Shown here: in pieces, positions 48,968 through 60,194 of the stretch | Numbering within the stretch: position 1 is the stretch's first letter | Layout: each line of letters begins with the position of its first letter | Source: an uncultured Alphaproteobacteria bacterium | GTDB lineage: Bacteria > Pseudomonadota > Alphaproteobacteria > HIMB59 > GCA-002718135 | Assembly (NCBI GenBank): GCA_902518705.1 | Contig: CABYHW010000001.1 | Span: 16,798 to 80,797, forward strand | Direction: 5' to 3' | Length of the DNA: 64,000 nt | The notes under the pieces: model-generated | Database searches by the model: none | What the model was told of the DNA's origin: nothing | The model's input: only the letters and a program-made list of their open reading frames with translations | Translations under genes and position numbers: made by a program

Positions 48968-49997
48968 ATGAAATTACATAACTACATTTTATTGCTATTT
49001 TTAAAAAGTATTTCTTTAATTTTTTTATTAGTAAGTAGTGCTTTTGCTAATGAAGTAAAAAAACTCAGCAACTGTATTTATGTATCATAAATTTGGAGTT
49101 TCTAAATATCCCTCAACAAGTGTAACCATTGACCAACTTAATAGTCATATTGAAGAATTAACTAAAGAAAAATATACTATTAAATCATTAGATTTTATTA
49201 TTGATACAATTATTAATGATGGTGATCTTCCAGCAAATACTATTGGCATAAGTGTAGATGATGCTGATAAGTCTTTTTTAGAAGTGGGATGGCCTTTATT
49301 TAAAGAAAATAATATTCCCGTAACGTTATTTGTAACAACAGGGACGATTTCAAATAATAAAAAATATATTAACTGGGATCAAATAAGAAAACTGAGAGAA
49401 GAAGGCGTAGTAATTGGTGCACACTCTCATACACATGCCCACATGCCAGATATTAGTATTGAAGAAGTAAGAGATGAAATAGAAACATCTAATAGAATCT
49501 TCTTAAAAGAGCTTGGGGAGATACCAACTTTATTTGCATTTCCTTATGGTGAGACAACAGATGAAATAATTGAATTAGTAAAAGAATTTAAATTTAAGGT
49601 TGCTTTTGGTCAGCATTCAGGAATAATTAATGAAACTTCTAACATGTATTATTTACCGAGATTTTCATTAAATGAAAGGTATGGTGAAATAGATAGAGTA
49701 AAATTTGCTGCTTCTTCTAAAGGATTAGGAGTTTATGACTTTATACCTCAAAATCCAACTATTAAACAAAACCCACCATTCATAGGTTTCTCTCTTCTAG
49801 ATGATAAAAAAGTTAAATCTCTAGATTGTTTTATATTTGATAGCAAAGGGCAAGTTGATAGAGAAATTTATAAATTTAACGAAAGAATTGAAATAAGACT
49901 TTCACGAGAATTAACACCTGGAAGATCTAGAATGAATTGTACTGTTAAAGATGGTGAAGGTAATTGGAGATGGTTTGGTCACCAATTTTATTTTTAA
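48968..49997 (+). CDS. secreted polysaccharide deacetylase (NodB/CE4), signal peptide out of frame at an A7 run
   Basis: MYHKFG, SVDDA, HSHTH, FAFPYGE; removing one A at 49057-49063 joins MKLH...SSAFA-NEVKNSATVF to MYH. Confidence 0.85.
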
Positions 49998-50981
49998 TTA
50001 ATAAGAAATAGTTTTTTGATCAAAGATAGCAAAGTTATTAGTTTTAATAACTTGTCTTATTGTTTTAATATAATTTTCATCTTCTGCGTAAGTGCTTAAT
50101 TCATTAACAAGTAAGTTAACATTGGAAAAATTATTTCTTTTTCTCATAATATTCCGGATATCACGAAAATCTTCATATGCATAATGAGAGTTAATATTAT
50201 CAAAATATGATTCAACACTGTTACTATATGAGCTAAATGATTTGATTAGATGAGTATCACCATTTTCTCTTTCAAGTGGGATAACGCCTTCCGAGTCATC
50301 ATAAGTGTATTCCCCAAAAAGTGCGTTGTATTCTTTTGCAAATCTAGACTTACCCCATCCGCTTTCAATTACTGCTTGGGCTAATACTATTGAATTAGGT
50401 ATTACATCAACGTTTGAAAGTATTTCGTCAACTAAATCTAGTTTGTGTTTATTTTGATACTTAATATTATACTTTTGAGCAATATCATTAAGTTTTCTTA
50501 TTTCATTATTATTGAGAGTTCTAAAAGTTTCTAACTTACCTTTGAGCTCATTAACGAAACTTCTAATCATTAAAATATTTTGATTTTCATTGATAATTAT
50601 TGGTAAAACAGTTTTTACGAATTCTTTTTTATTTGAATCAAGGTAATCAAAGTCTTTATCTGATAATGTTAACTGCAAACTGGGATTGTTTTGCTCTTCA
50701 ATCTTTGAAGTGATAATAGGATTAATAGGCTTTATTCTTACTTTAACAATTAATTTTTCATTCACTATTTCTGTAATAGGAGGGCCCTTAAGGGTAATTT
50801 CCTTTTCAGATGGTGTAATTTCTTTTTCAGAATATAATTTGTTTATTTGATTTGCGGTTTGAATGTTATTCTTACTATTGACAGTGTTATTTTCTACAAA
50901 GCCAACAAAGCCATTGCTTATAAAAATTAATCCAAGAAGTAATAGAGGAAAGCAAAAAAAATTATACAGTCTATCCATCAA
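49998..50981 (-). CDS. Bax-like glucosaminidase (GH73) domain protein
   Basis: N-terminal TM; LAQAVIESGWGKSRFA..NALFG, NINSH.AY, YAEDENY. Confidence 0.85.
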   Translation of the reverse strand: MMDRLYNFFCFPLLLLGLIFISNGFVGFVENNTVNSKNNIQTANQINKLYSEKEITPSEKEITLKGPPITEIVNEKLIVKVRIKPINPIITSKIEEQNNPSLQLTLSDKDFDYLDSNKKEFVKTVLPIIINENQNILMIRSFVNELKGKLETFRTLNNNEIRKLNDIAQKYNIKYQNKHKLDLVDEILSNVDVIPNSIVLAQAVIESGWGKSRFAKEYNALFGEYTYDDSEGVIPLERENGDTHLIKSFSSYSNSVESYFDNINSHYAYEDFRDIRNIMRKRNNFSNVNLLVNELSTYAEDENYIKTIRQVIKTNNFAIFDQKTISY

Positions 50982-51540
50982 TAGGCCTTACTTCTTGTAC
51001 TTCTGGAACATAGTGCTTTAGCATATTTTCGATACCCATTTTTAAAGTAGCAGTTGAACTTGGACAACCTGAACAAGCACCTTGCATGTGGAGATATACG
51101 ACACCATCCTTAAAACTATCATAAATAATATCACCGCCATCCATAGCAACAGCTGGTCTTACTCGTGTATCCAGTAATTCTTTAATTTGTTTTACAATAT
51201 CGGTATCGTTTTCATCAATCTCTAATGATTTATCTTCACCTTTTTTAGTAATATTGATTGTTGCATCTCCAGAATTATAATGATCCATTATTGAACCTAA
51301 GATTAACGGCTTCATAACTTGCCAATCTAAAGATTGATTTTTTGTAATAGTAATAAAATCACTTCCAAAAAACACTCCTTCAACTCCCTCGACATCAAAT
51401 AAGCGTTTTGCAAATGGTGAGTCAGCTGCTTCATCAATATTTTGGAAAAAGGCCGTGCCATCATCCATAACAACCTTACCGGGTAGAAATTTTAATGTTT
51501 GTGGATTCGGAGTTTGTTCAGTTTGTATAAACATATGCAC
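50971..51540 (-). CDS. nfuA: NifU/NfuA-family Fe-S scaffold
   Basis: TPNP.TLKF N-domain, RPAVAMDGG, GACSGCPSS. Confidence 0.9.
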   Translation of the reverse strand: MHMFIQTEQTPNPQTLKFLPGKVVMDDGTAFFQNIDEAADSPFAKRLFDVEGVEGVFFGSDFITITKNQSLDWQVMKPLILGSIMDHYNSGDATINITKKGEDKSLEIDENDTDIVKQIKELLDTRVRPAVAMDGGDIIYDSFKDGVVYLHMQGACSGCPSSTATLKMGIENMLKHYVPEVQEVRPIDG

Positions 51541-51607
51541 TATATATAGTTATTAATATGTCTTTAGTATGAATTTTCTAAAAAAAAATTTAAAATTTGG
51601 GGAATTT

Positions 51608-52615
51608 TTAGGACAAAAAACCAATAATTTCTTTAGTTTTTTGCAAAACAGGTTCTGCTACTGCTATAGCATTCTCTTTACCCTGATTTAAAATAGAATC
51701 GATGTAAGAAACATCACTCATGAGTTTATTCATTTCACTCGTAATGGGCTCTAATTTAGATACAGATAAATCGGCTAAATCTTTTTTAAAGGTGGAAAAT
51801 TCTTTCCCTGCATAATCTTTTATAATACTCTCAATAGATGTGTCTTGTAAAGAAGCAAAAATCGAGATTAGGTTTTCAGCTTCTGGTCTTTTTTCTAAAC
51901 CAGTTTTATCTTGTGGTAATGGTTCAGGATCTGTTTTAGCTTTTTTAATCTTTTGTGTAATATTTTCTGCTGTATCAGTTAACATGATTCTGGAATAATC
52001 AGAAGGATCTGATTTACTCATTTTTTTTGACCCATCGCGGAGACTCATCACTCTTGTAGCCTCTCCTAAAATTAATGGTTCAGGAATAGGAAAAAAATCT
52101 GTCTTAAAATCATTATTAAATTTTTGTGCAATATCTCTTGTTAACTCTAAATGTTGTTTTTGATCATCACCTACAGGAACGTGTGTTGCTAAATAAATTA
52201 ATATATCTGCTGCCATTAATGTTGGATATGAAAATAAACCAACAGAAACATTCTCACTATTCTTTCCGGCCTTATCTTTAAATTGTGTCATGCGGTTTAA
52301 CCATCCCATCCTCGCAACACAATTAAACAACCATCCAAGTTGTGCATGTTGAGGAACTTGTGATTGAACAAAAATATTATTTTTTTTTGGATCAATACCA
52401 GAGGCAATAAAAGCTGCAGTTACTTCTCGTGTTTTATTTGCTAAAACTTTAGGGTCTTGCCAAACGGTAATGGCATGTAAATCAACAACACAAAAAAAAC
52501 ATTCGTATTCTTTTTGAAGAGTAACAAAATTTTTTATGGCACCAAGATAATTTCCTAAATGGAGATCACCAGATGGTTGAACGCCGGATAAAATTCTTTT
52601 TGTTGGTTTTTCCAT
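51608..52615 (-). CDS. trpS: tryptophanyl-tRNA synthetase
   Basis: HLGN, VPVG.DQKQHLE, KMSKS. Confidence 0.97.
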   Translation of the reverse strand: MEKPTKRILSGVQPSGDLHLGNYLGAIKNFVTLQKEYECFFCVVDLHAITVWQDPKVLANKTREVTAAFIASGIDPKKNNIFVQSQVPQHAQLGWLFNCVARMGWLNRMTQFKDKAGKNSENVSVGLFSYPTLMAADILIYLATHVPVGDDQKQHLELTRDIAQKFNNDFKTDFFPIPEPLILGEATRVMSLRDGSKKMSKSDPSDYSRIMLTDTAENITQKIKKAKTDPEPLPQDKTGLEKRPEAENLISIFASLQDTSIESIIKDYAGKEFSTFKKDLADLSVSKLEPITSEMNKLMSDVSYIDSILNQGKENAIAVAEPVLQKTKEIIGFLS

Positions 52616-52616
52616 T

Positions 52617-54164
52617 TTATTTTTTTAAATATTCTCTTAACTGATTTACCGATAGGACTTTTAACACAATTACTAATCCAAAATAAATAATTATAGCTAA
52701 AAAGATAATCAGAAGTAAAAGCGCGGAGTTTAATAACACTGAATTACCGCTAATATTAGTAAAGAACAGTCCATTTAATAAGTATATTCCTACAAATAAT
52801 AGGGACGAACTTAGTAAAATTTTAATGGAATTCCTTACTAATAGATCATCAAATTTCATATGATTCCTAATAGCTAAAAAGAGGTATAATAATAATGCAT
52901 TTATCCATGCACTAATTGCTGTTGCAACAGCAATACCCATTTCTCTCATTGATCCAATTAAAAGTAGCGATAAGACAACGTTAGTAATCACACTGACAAT
53001 AGATATGTATAGTGGTGATTTAGTATCTTCTCTTGCAAAGAAACAAGAAACTAAAACTTTAATTATAATGTATGCAGGTAGACCTAAGGCAAAGTAACTT
53101 AATACTTTAGCAGTATAAAAAGTATCTTCTGCTACAAAGGCACCTCGTTCAAATAAAATTTGGATAATGGGTTCCGCTAAAATAAATAATCCAATGGCTG
53201 ATGGTAAAGAAATTAATAACGAAAATTCAATAGATCTATTTTGAATATTATTTGTTGTTTCGTGATCTGATTGTTTAATAGCTTTTGATAAACTTGGTAA
53301 AAGAACTATGCCAAGTGCTATTCCAAATATAGCAAGTGGTAATTGGTTAAGACGATCCGCATAATAAATATGACTGATTGCACCAACGGGTAAAAAAGAA
53401 GCAATAATAGTTCCAATAACAATATTTAATTGAATAACACCTGAACCAACAACACCTGGTAAAAATAATTTGAAAAACTTTTTTAATTTTTCATTTAAAA
53501 CTGGAAGGATAATACGTGGTCGATAAAAATTTAAAACCGCTCTGTATAAATATAAAAATTGTAAAACTCCTCCTATTAATACACCATACGATAATGCGTG
53601 ACCTGCAGTTGTCACAAAAGGTGTTAAAAAGAATAATGACAGAATAAAACTTATATTTAAAATAGCAGGAGCAAATGCACCAGCGGCGAAACGTTCATGA
53701 ACATTATTAATTGAAGCAAAGTGAGCAGCTAAGGATATAAAAATAATATAGGGGAAAATTATTTTTCCAAAATGCACAGCAAGTTCATAGGCTTCTTTAT
53801 TATCAGTAAAACCAGGTGCTAAAACTTGAATGATATAAGGCATCCCAAAGAAGAAAATGATCGTTAAAACGACCGTAGCAAATAGTAACATTGAGGTTGT
53901 GTTTTCAACAAAATCAGAAGCCTCGCGTTCATCTTTTGGATTGAGAACAACACCTGAGAAAACAGGGATTAATGCAGCACTGTATGCTCCTTCTGCTAGG
54001 ACACGACGAAAGAAATTAGGAATACGAAATGCTACGAAGAATGCGTCAGCAATGACTGTCGATCCAAGATATCTTGCTATTAATATGTCTCGAATAAAAC
54101 CTAATACTCGACTTAAAAATGTATAGAAGCTGACAGTAAAGAATGATCTAAAAAGACTCTTCAT
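52617..54164 (-). CDS. murJ: lipid II flippase MurJ/MviN
   Basis: [30 protein letters not shown]. Confidence 0.96.
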   Translation of the reverse strand: MKSLFRSFFTVSFYTFLSRVLGFIRDILIARYLGSTVIADAFFVAFRIPNFFRRVLAEGAYSAALIPVFSGVVLNPKDEREASDFVENTTSMLLFATVVLTIIFFFGMPYIIQVLAPGFTDNKEAYELAVHFGKIIFPYIIFISLAAHFASINNVHERFAAGAFAPAILNISFILSLFFLTPFVTTAGHALSYGVLIGGVLQFLYLYRAVLNFYRPRIILPVLNEKLKKFFKLFLPGVVGSGVIQLNIVIGTIIASFLPVGAISHIYYADRLNQLPLAIFGIALGIVLLPSLSKAIKQSDHETTNNIQNRSIEFSLLISLPSAIGLFILAEPIIQILFERGAFVAEDTFYTAKVLSYFALGLPAYIIIKVLVSCFFAREDTKSPLYISIVSVITNVVLSLLLIGSMREMGIAVATAISAWINALLLYLFLAIRNHMKFDDLLVRNSIKILLSSSLLFVGIYLLNGLFFTNISGNSVLLNSALLLLIIFLAIIIYFGLVIVLKVLSVNQLREYLKK

Positions 54165-54218
54165 ATGGTGGTTTTATAGTTTGGTAAGTGATTTGTATAA
54201 GTGAAATTTATGGCTTAA

Positions 54219-54902
54219 TTACGAGCCAAAACAATATCCTGCTGATCTCACGGTTCTTATAAAATCTTCTTTTACGTCATTATTAATGGCCTTTCGCAGT
54301 CTTCTTATATGAACATCAACTGTTCGAGGTTCTACATGGGCCTCATTTTTCCAAACATGATTAAGTAATTGTTCGCGGCTAAAGACACGACCAATATTTT
54401 CCATGAAGAAAGCTAATAAATTAAATTCTGTTGGACCAAGATGAAGAGTTTCTCCATCTCGTGATGCTGAGTGAGATACAAGGTCAATTACTATTCCTTT
54501 ATAAGTTAAAACTTCATCTACAAACATTGGTCTAATTCGTCGAAGAACAGCTTTTACTCTTGCCACTAATTCGTTAACCGAAAAAGGTTTTGTTATGTAA
54601 TCATCTGCTCCAGTTTCTAAGCCACGAAGTTTATCTTCTTCTTCGCCTTTTGCTGTTAACATTATGATAGGAATATTCTTATGTTCTTTATTTTTTCTAA
54701 TTCTTCTACAAAGTTCAATTCCTGATAGTTTAGGTAACATCCAATCAAGAATAATTATGTCAGGTGGTTTATATAATATTTTTTCTAAAGCAGTTTCACC
54801 GTCCGTTGCAGTATCTATTTTATATCCTTCTTTATTAAAATTAAATTTAAGAAGATCTAGTAATGCTTCTTCATCTTCGACGATAAGCATTTTTAGTTTC
54901 AT
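54219..54902 (-). CDS. phoB: phosphate regulon response regulator
   Basis: LDWMLP, GADDY, LGPTEF.LL, RTVDVHIRRLRK. Confidence 0.95.
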   Translation of the reverse strand: MKLKMLIVEDEEALLDLLKFNFNKEGYKIDTATDGETALEKILYKPPDIIILDWMLPKLSGIELCRRIRKNKEHKNIPIIMLTAKGEEEDKLRGLETGADDYITKPFSVNELVARVKAVLRRIRPMFVDEVLTYKGIVIDLVSHSASRDGETLHLGPTEFNLLAFFMENIGRVFSREQLLNHVWKNEAHVEPRTVDVHIRRLRKAINNDVKEDFIRTVRSAGYCFGS

Positions 54903-54913
54903 GAATCTCTACT

Positions 54914-54942
54914 ATTAAATTTTTGTTACAATTCTATTACAA
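54914..54942 (-). promoter_or_regulatory. Pho box upstream of phoB
   Basis: Minus strand TTGTAAT-AGAA-TTGTAAC-AAAA-ATTTAAT; three half-sites at 11-bp period. Confidence 0.7.
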
Positions 54943-54943
54943 T

Positions 54944-55654
54944 TTATTTTTTCTTTGGAAGAATTGCTTCCCAGGTTGGGTCTGGATTACCATCAAATAG
55001 GGGCTCACCAGAAACTGCATAATAAATATCTTCAGCTATATTTTGTACATAATCACCAATTCGCTCTAGGTCTTTAACCATATATAAAAGACTTGTACAT
55101 GCTGTGATTCTTTTTGGTTCTTCCATCATGTAGGTTAATAGTTGTCTTAATATTCCAAGATATTCTTCATCAATTTGTCTATCCATTAACCAAACTTTTT
55201 TTGCGGCTTGATCTGAAAATTCTAAAAAAGCTTTTATTACTTCACTAATCATTATATTTACTTGTGCACCCATATTAATAATATCTCTCGAAGGTTTTTC
55301 TGGCAAAACTATTTCTGCTACTGCTACTCTTTTGGCAATATTTGTTGCATGATCTCCTATTCTTTCTAGATCTTTATTGATTTTAATTGCTGAAAAAATT
55401 GTTCGTAAGTCTGCAGCCATCGGTTGTCTTTTGCCAAGTATTTCAACTAAGCTTTGATCAAGAGTATTATATGCTTTATCAATTACATCATCGTTTTCTA
55501 TAATTTTTTCTGCAAATTCTGTATCTTTATCCTTTAAACATTGAAGTGAGTCTTTTAGTTGATTTTCAACTAAACTGCCCATATCAACAATATTATTTTT
55601 AATGTCTCTAATTTCTTCATCATATGATTTTACAATATGTCCTTCTTGTTTCAT
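54944..55654 (-). CDS. phoU: phosphate signalling protein PhoU
   Basis: RQPMAADLR, two DLERIGD repeats. Confidence 0.95.
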   Translation of the reverse strand: MKQEGHIVKSYDEEIRDIKNNIVDMGSLVENQLKDSLQCLKDKDTEFAEKIIENDDVIDKAYNTLDQSLVEILGKRQPMAADLRTIFSAIKINKDLERIGDHATNIAKRVAVAEIVLPEKPSRDIINMGAQVNIMISEVIKAFLEFSDQAAKKVWLMDRQIDEEYLGILRQLLTYMMEEPKRITACTSLLYMVKDLERIGDYVQNIAEDIYYAVSGEPLFDGNPDPTWEAILPKKK

Positions 55655-56415
55655 TAACCAAATCTCCCTGTAATGTAATCCTGTGTTTTTGTATTATCAG
55701 GATTTGTAAAAATTTTGTTTGTCTCACCCGTTTCTATTAATTCTCCTAAATGGAAGAAACATGTTTTCTGCGAAACCCTGGCTGCCTGTTGCATAGAATG
55801 AGTTACTATAATAATTGTATAGTTTAATCTTAACTCATCAATTAATTCTTCTATAATAGCAGTTGCTATTGGATCTAAAGCAGAGCAAGGTTCATCCATT
55901 AGGATTATTTCAGGATTAACAGCAATTGCTCTTGCAATACATAATCGTTGTTGTTGACCGCCTGATAAACTTGTTCCAGGTTCATTTAATCGATCTTTTA
56001 CTTCATCAAATAGACCTGCCTTTTTTAATGATGAATGTACAATTTCTTCTAATTCATTTTTTGAGTCAACTAAACCATGTATAGTTGGGCCATAAGCAAC
56101 ATTATCAAAAATAGATTTAGGAAAAGGATTTGGTTTTTGAAATACCATTCCAATTTTAGATCTTAGACTTACAACATCGGTTTTTTCACTAATAATTTCT
56201 TCGTTATCTACTTTTATTGATCCCGATACTTTACATATTTCAATTAAATCATTCATTCTGTTTATACATCTTAAGAAAGTTGATTTACCACATCCTGAAG
56301 GACCGATTAATGCCGTAACTTCTTTCTCCTTGATATCCATTGAGATTCCAAAAAGAGCTTGTTTGGATCCATAATATACATCTACACCATTTGCCAATAT
56401 TTTAGAGTTACTCAT
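55654..56415 (-). CDS. pstB: phosphate ABC transporter ATPase
   Basis: [40 protein letters not shown]. Confidence 0.97.
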   Translation of the reverse strand: MSNSKILANGVDVYYGSKQALFGISMDIKEKEVTALIGPSGCGKSTFLRCINRMNDLIEICKVSGSIKVDNEEIISEKTDVVSLRSKIGMVFQKPNPFPKSIFDNVAYGPTIHGLVDSKNELEEIVHSSLKKAGLFDEVKDRLNEPGTSLSGGQQQRLCIARAIAVNPEIILMDEPCSALDPIATAIIEELIDELRLNYTIIIVTHSMQQAARVSQKTCFFHLGELIETGETNKIFTNPDNTKTQDYITGRFG

Positions 56416-56418
56416 GTT

Positions 56419-57699
56419 TTACCACTTCCTTTCAAATCTATTTCTTAAGAACACTGCAATGGCATTCATCATAAACAAAAATATTAAAATTACCATTATT
56501 GCTGCGGCTGATTTTTCTTGAAAACCTCTTTCTGCACTTTCCACCCAAAGATATATTTGAACAGGTAGTGCTGCTGAAGGTTCTGTTAAACCAGTTGGAA
56601 TATTAGGAATAAATGCAATCATGCCAATCATTATTAGTGGTGCTGTTTCTCCTAATGCTTGTGCTAATCCAATAATAGTCCCTGTTAAAGTCCCTGGTAG
56701 TGCAAGGGGTACGACATGATGAAATACCGCTTGTGTTTTTGTTGCTCCAACTGCAAGTGCTCCTTCTTTAATTGAAGGAGGAACAGCTTTCAATGAAGCT
56801 CGACAGGCAATGATAATGGTTGGTAACGTCATTAAGGCTAATACGGACCCTCCAACTAACGGTGTACTCCTTGGAAGACCAAAAACATTAAGCAATACCC
56901 CCAACCCAAGTAGTCCAAAAACTATTGATGGGACTGCTGCTAGATTTGAAATATTTACTTCTATTAATTCAGTTATTCTATTTTTTGGAGCAAATTCCTC
57001 AAGATAAACAGACGCTCCTATAGCAATTGGAAAAGATAAAATAAAAACAGTAAAAAGAGTAAATAATGATCCCATAAATGAACCAGCTACACCAGCAATT
57101 TCAGGATGCCTTGAATCTGCTTTAGTAAAAAAGAAATTATTAAAAACTTGTTTAACTCTATTTTCTTCAACTAATTGATCAACATAACTTAATTGAATAT
57201 CATTTAATTTTCTTCTATCTTCTGGCACATCCCTTCTTGAATTACCTTTTAATAGTTGATCCACATCACTATGGGCGGTTACCCAAATTTGTTGCTTAGT
57301 ATTAATAACTTCAGGATTATCTAAGAAGTAGTCTTTAATTTCCTTATCTACATTTATAGAAAATAATTTTTTTACTAATTTAATATCTGATTTTGAGAGA
57401 TCAGGGAAAAAATTTTCAATAGCCTGTTTTTTAACTCTAAAAAATTTTCCTTTTTCCATATCTTCATCTGAAGAGTCAGGTGTTAGTTTTAAAACCTCTT
57501 GATTATAATCAACTTCTAGGAGAACAATTGTTTTTTGAAAAGCAGTGTATCCTTTAGAAAATATTGTATACAAAAGAAAAACTAAAACTGCTAAAGATAA
57601 ACACATAGCTGTAAAGCCGTAATACTTAAATCGCATATCTTCTAAGCTTCTCTTTTTTCTCAAAGAAACAATTTTTTCTTTAGCAATAGAATTATTCAT
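56419..57699 (-). CDS. pstA: phosphate ABC transporter permease
   Basis: NLAAVPSIVFGLLG, GETAPL; long N-terminal extension. Confidence 0.95.
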   Translation of the reverse strand: MNNSIAKEKIVSLRKKRSLEDMRFKYYGFTAMCLSLAVLVFLLYTIFSKGYTAFQKTIVLLEVDYNQEVLKLTPDSSDEDMEKGKFFRVKKQAIENFFPDLSKSDIKLVKKLFSINVDKEIKDYFLDNPEVINTKQQIWVTAHSDVDQLLKGNSRRDVPEDRRKLNDIQLSYVDQLVEENRVKQVFNNFFFTKADSRHPEIAGVAGSFMGSLFTLFTVFILSFPIAIGASVYLEEFAPKNRITELIEVNISNLAAVPSIVFGLLGLGVLLNVFGLPRSTPLVGGSVLALMTLPTIIIACRASLKAVPPSIKEGALAVGATKTQAVFHHVVPLALPGTLTGTIIGLAQALGETAPLIMIGMIAFIPNIPTGLTEPSAALPVQIYLWVESAERGFQEKSAAAIMVILIFLFMMNAIAVFLRNRFERKW

Positions 57700-59065
57700 A
57701 ACGCTCCCTGTATCTCTTTACTATTTGTAGAGCTATAATGTTAAGAAATAATGTAATAACAAATAAAACTAATCCTAAAGCAAATGCTGATAATGTTCTT
57801 GGGTTATCAAATTCTTGATCACCTATTAAGGCCACAACAATTTGAACTGTAACTGTTGTTACGTTTTCAAAAGGATTGCCCGTAAGATTGGGGGCTGTGC
57901 CTGCTGCAACTACAACAATCATAGTCTCCCCTATCGCTCTGGATATTGCTAATAAAAATGCTCCTACAATTCCAGGTAAAGCTGCTGGTAAAATTACTTT
58001 TTTAATAGTTTCTGCTTTATTAGCGCCAATACCAAGAGATGCTTCCCTTAGACTTTGTGGAACAGAGTTTATTACATCATCAGATAAAGAAGAAATAAAA
58101 GGAATAATCATAACCCCCATTACCATGCCGGCTGCAAGAGCGCTTGTTGGTGAAGCATCAATTCCAATTGATTGTCCAAATGCTTTAACGAAAGGTGCAA
58201 CACTAACAAAAGCAAAGAACCCGTAAACTATTGTTGGTATCCCTGCCAAAATTTCGAGAAGAGGTTTAACTATTTTTCTAACTCTTTGACTTGCGTATTC
58301 TGCTAAATAAATTGCTGTTAATAATCCAAGAGGTGCCGCAACACACATGGCTACTACCATTACTAAAAATGTTCCAGCAAATATTGGTACTGCACCAAAG
58401 GATCCCTCTGCAGCTGTTTGACCTTCTCTAATTGGAATAAAAGGATACCACTCAGTACTAAATAAAAATTCGAAGATTGATACTTCTGCAAAAAAGCGAA
58501 GGCTTTCAAATATTAGTGAAAAAACTATTCCTATTGTAGTGAAAATAGCAACAGATGAACAAAATATAAGTATATATTGAATATATTTTTCAATTGTATG
58601 TTGAGCATGAAATTCTGGTTTTAATTTTTGTGAAGCGTATAAGGCTCCAAGTAACATTATAATGATTATTGAGGTATAAAAAGATATTTGACTTATTTGT
58701 CTTAAGGAAGAATAATGAGATGCAGCATTAATTATTTCTATAGATTTACCATCAGCAAAAGAAGGGTTATTAGCAACATTTCTAATCTCTGCTAACAATA
58801 ATCCTTCGTTGTAAACTGCGCCCTCAATAAATTCAAAGTTACTAATAACTATGTTTTGAATAATCTGTTCTTGAAAAATAGCCCATGAAAAATAAACAAT
58901 TAGTGCAGGAAACAAACACCACATTAAAACGTATTGTGCATAATAATTGGGAAGAGATTTGCTTTTCGTACCTTGTTTTTTAGAATTTAATTTAATTCTT
59001 GATCTTCCGTATATAAAGGATGAGAAAATTCCGACTGCAATTAAAACTAAAGACCAAAAAAACAT
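57692..59065 (-). CDS. pstC: phosphate ABC transporter permease
   Basis: LAGIPTIVYGFF, SRAIGETMIV. Confidence 0.95.
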   Translation of the reverse strand: MFFWSLVLIAVGIFSSFIYGRSRIKLNSKKQGTKSKSLPNYYAQYVLMWCLFPALIVYFSWAIFQEQIIQNIVISNFEFIEGAVYNEGLLLAEIRNVANNPSFADGKSIEIINAASHYSSLRQISQISFYTSIIIIMLLGALYASQKLKPEFHAQHTIEKYIQYILIFCSSVAIFTTIGIVFSLIFESLRFFAEVSIFEFLFSTEWYPFIPIREGQTAAEGSFGAVPIFAGTFLVMVVAMCVAAPLGLLTAIYLAEYASQRVRKIVKPLLEILAGIPTIVYGFFAFVSVAPFVKAFGQSIGIDASPTSALAAGMVMGVMIIPFISSLSDDVINSVPQSLREASLGIGANKAETIKKVILPAALPGIVGAFLLAISRAIGETMIVVVAAGTAPNLTGNPFENVTTVTVQIVVALIGDQEFDNPRTLSAFALGLVLFVITLFLNIIALQIVKRYRERYE

Positions 59066-59080
59066 TTATAACTTAGTATT

Positions 59081-59106
59081 AAAAAAAAGGGGGCTTGTAT
59101 GCCCCC
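59081..59106 (-). terminator. intrinsic terminator / stabilising hairpin between pstS and pstC
   Basis: Minus strand GGGGGC-ATACAA-GCCCCC followed by T8. Confidence 0.8.
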
Positions 59107-59128
59107 ATTTTATAAAAATTTAAGATTT

Positions 59129-60124
59129 TTATTTATAATTTGTTTGATTAGAAATAGCATCAAGAACAGCTGCTCTATCCGCAGGACTTAGTTGAACAAG
59201 TCCAGCATCTAGTAAGTAACCTTCTGTTGCTTCTTCACTTACAAACTCATTAACATAATCCATTAAACCAGGAATAACACCAATGTGTGCTTTTTTAATG
59301 TAGAAGAATAAAGGTCTTGCTATTGGATATGAATAATCTTGGATACCTTCCATAGAGATTTCAACACCGTTAATCATTGACGCTTTAACTTTATCAGAAT
59401 TGTTAGATACAAAACTATAACCAAAGATACCGAATGCACCTTGTTCTTTAGTTATATGCTCAACATACAGTTCATCATTTTCACCACCTTCAATAACATG
59501 GCCATCTTCACGATACGCTTGACAATCACCGTCAGCAACTAACATATCTTTAACACAACCCTTTTTCATTACAAGTGAGTCAAATGCATCTCTTGTTCCA
59601 GAAGTTGGAGGAGGTGCCATGATAGAAATTTCAACTTTTGGTAATCTTTTATCTATTTCATACCAAGTTGTTGGAGCATTTGCATTATCTCTAGCCATTG
59701 CCTGCCAGATTTCTTCTTTAGTTAAATCAATGCCACCTTTCATTGTAGCACCGTTAGTATATTTCCATTCATAATCTGCAGCGTATGCAAAAGCTATACC
59801 ATCATTACCAACTCTAACTTCGATGATATCGGTTACACCACCATCTTGACAAAGTTTGAATTCTTTATCTTTTTGTGCTCTTGAAGAGTTAGTGATATCT
59901 GGATGTTCAACTCCAACACCTGCACAAAATAATTTGTGTCCTCCACCAGAACCAGTTGATTCAATTACGGGTGCTTTCATTCCTTCTGATGCCATTTTTT
60001 CAGCAACTAAAGTAGCGAAAGGATAAACTGTAGAAGATCCTACAATTGAAATATAGTCTCTTGCTGAAACTGAAGTAGTTCCAAATAAAGCAAGGACAGC
60101 AATTAATTTGATTACATTTTTCAT
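59129..60124 (-). CDS. pstS: phosphate-binding periplasmic protein
   Basis: Signal peptide, GSSTVYP, GSGGG, SGTRDAF, YPIARPLF; start placed at MKNV behind a GAGG RBS. Confidence 0.93.
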   Translation of the reverse strand: MKNVIKLIAVLALFGTTSVSARDYISIVGSSTVYPFATLVAEKMASEGMKAPVIESTGSGGGHKLFCAGVGVEHPDITNSSRAQKDKEFKLCQDGGVTDIIEVRVGNDGIAFAYAADYEWKYTNGATMKGGIDLTKEEIWQAMARDNANAPTTWYEIDKRLPKVEISIMAPPPTSGTRDAFDSLVMKKGCVKDMLVADGDCQAYREDGHVIEGGENDELYVEHITKEQGAFGIFGYSFVSNNSDKVKASMINGVEISMEGIQDYSYPIARPLFFYIKKAHIGVIPGLMDYVNEFVSEEATEGYLLDAGLVQLSPADRAAVLDAISNQTNYK

Positions 60125-60165
60125 ATTAAGCCTCATTTAAAATAAGGTTGTCCTACAGAATATAT

Positions 60166-60194
60166 ATTAAGGATTTATTACAGTTTGCTGAAAT
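60166..60194 (-). promoter_or_regulatory. Pho box upstream of pstS (inside phoR 3' end)
   Basis: Minus strand ATTTCAG-CAAA-CTGTAAT-AAAT-CCTTAAT; 11-bp period. Confidence 0.65.
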
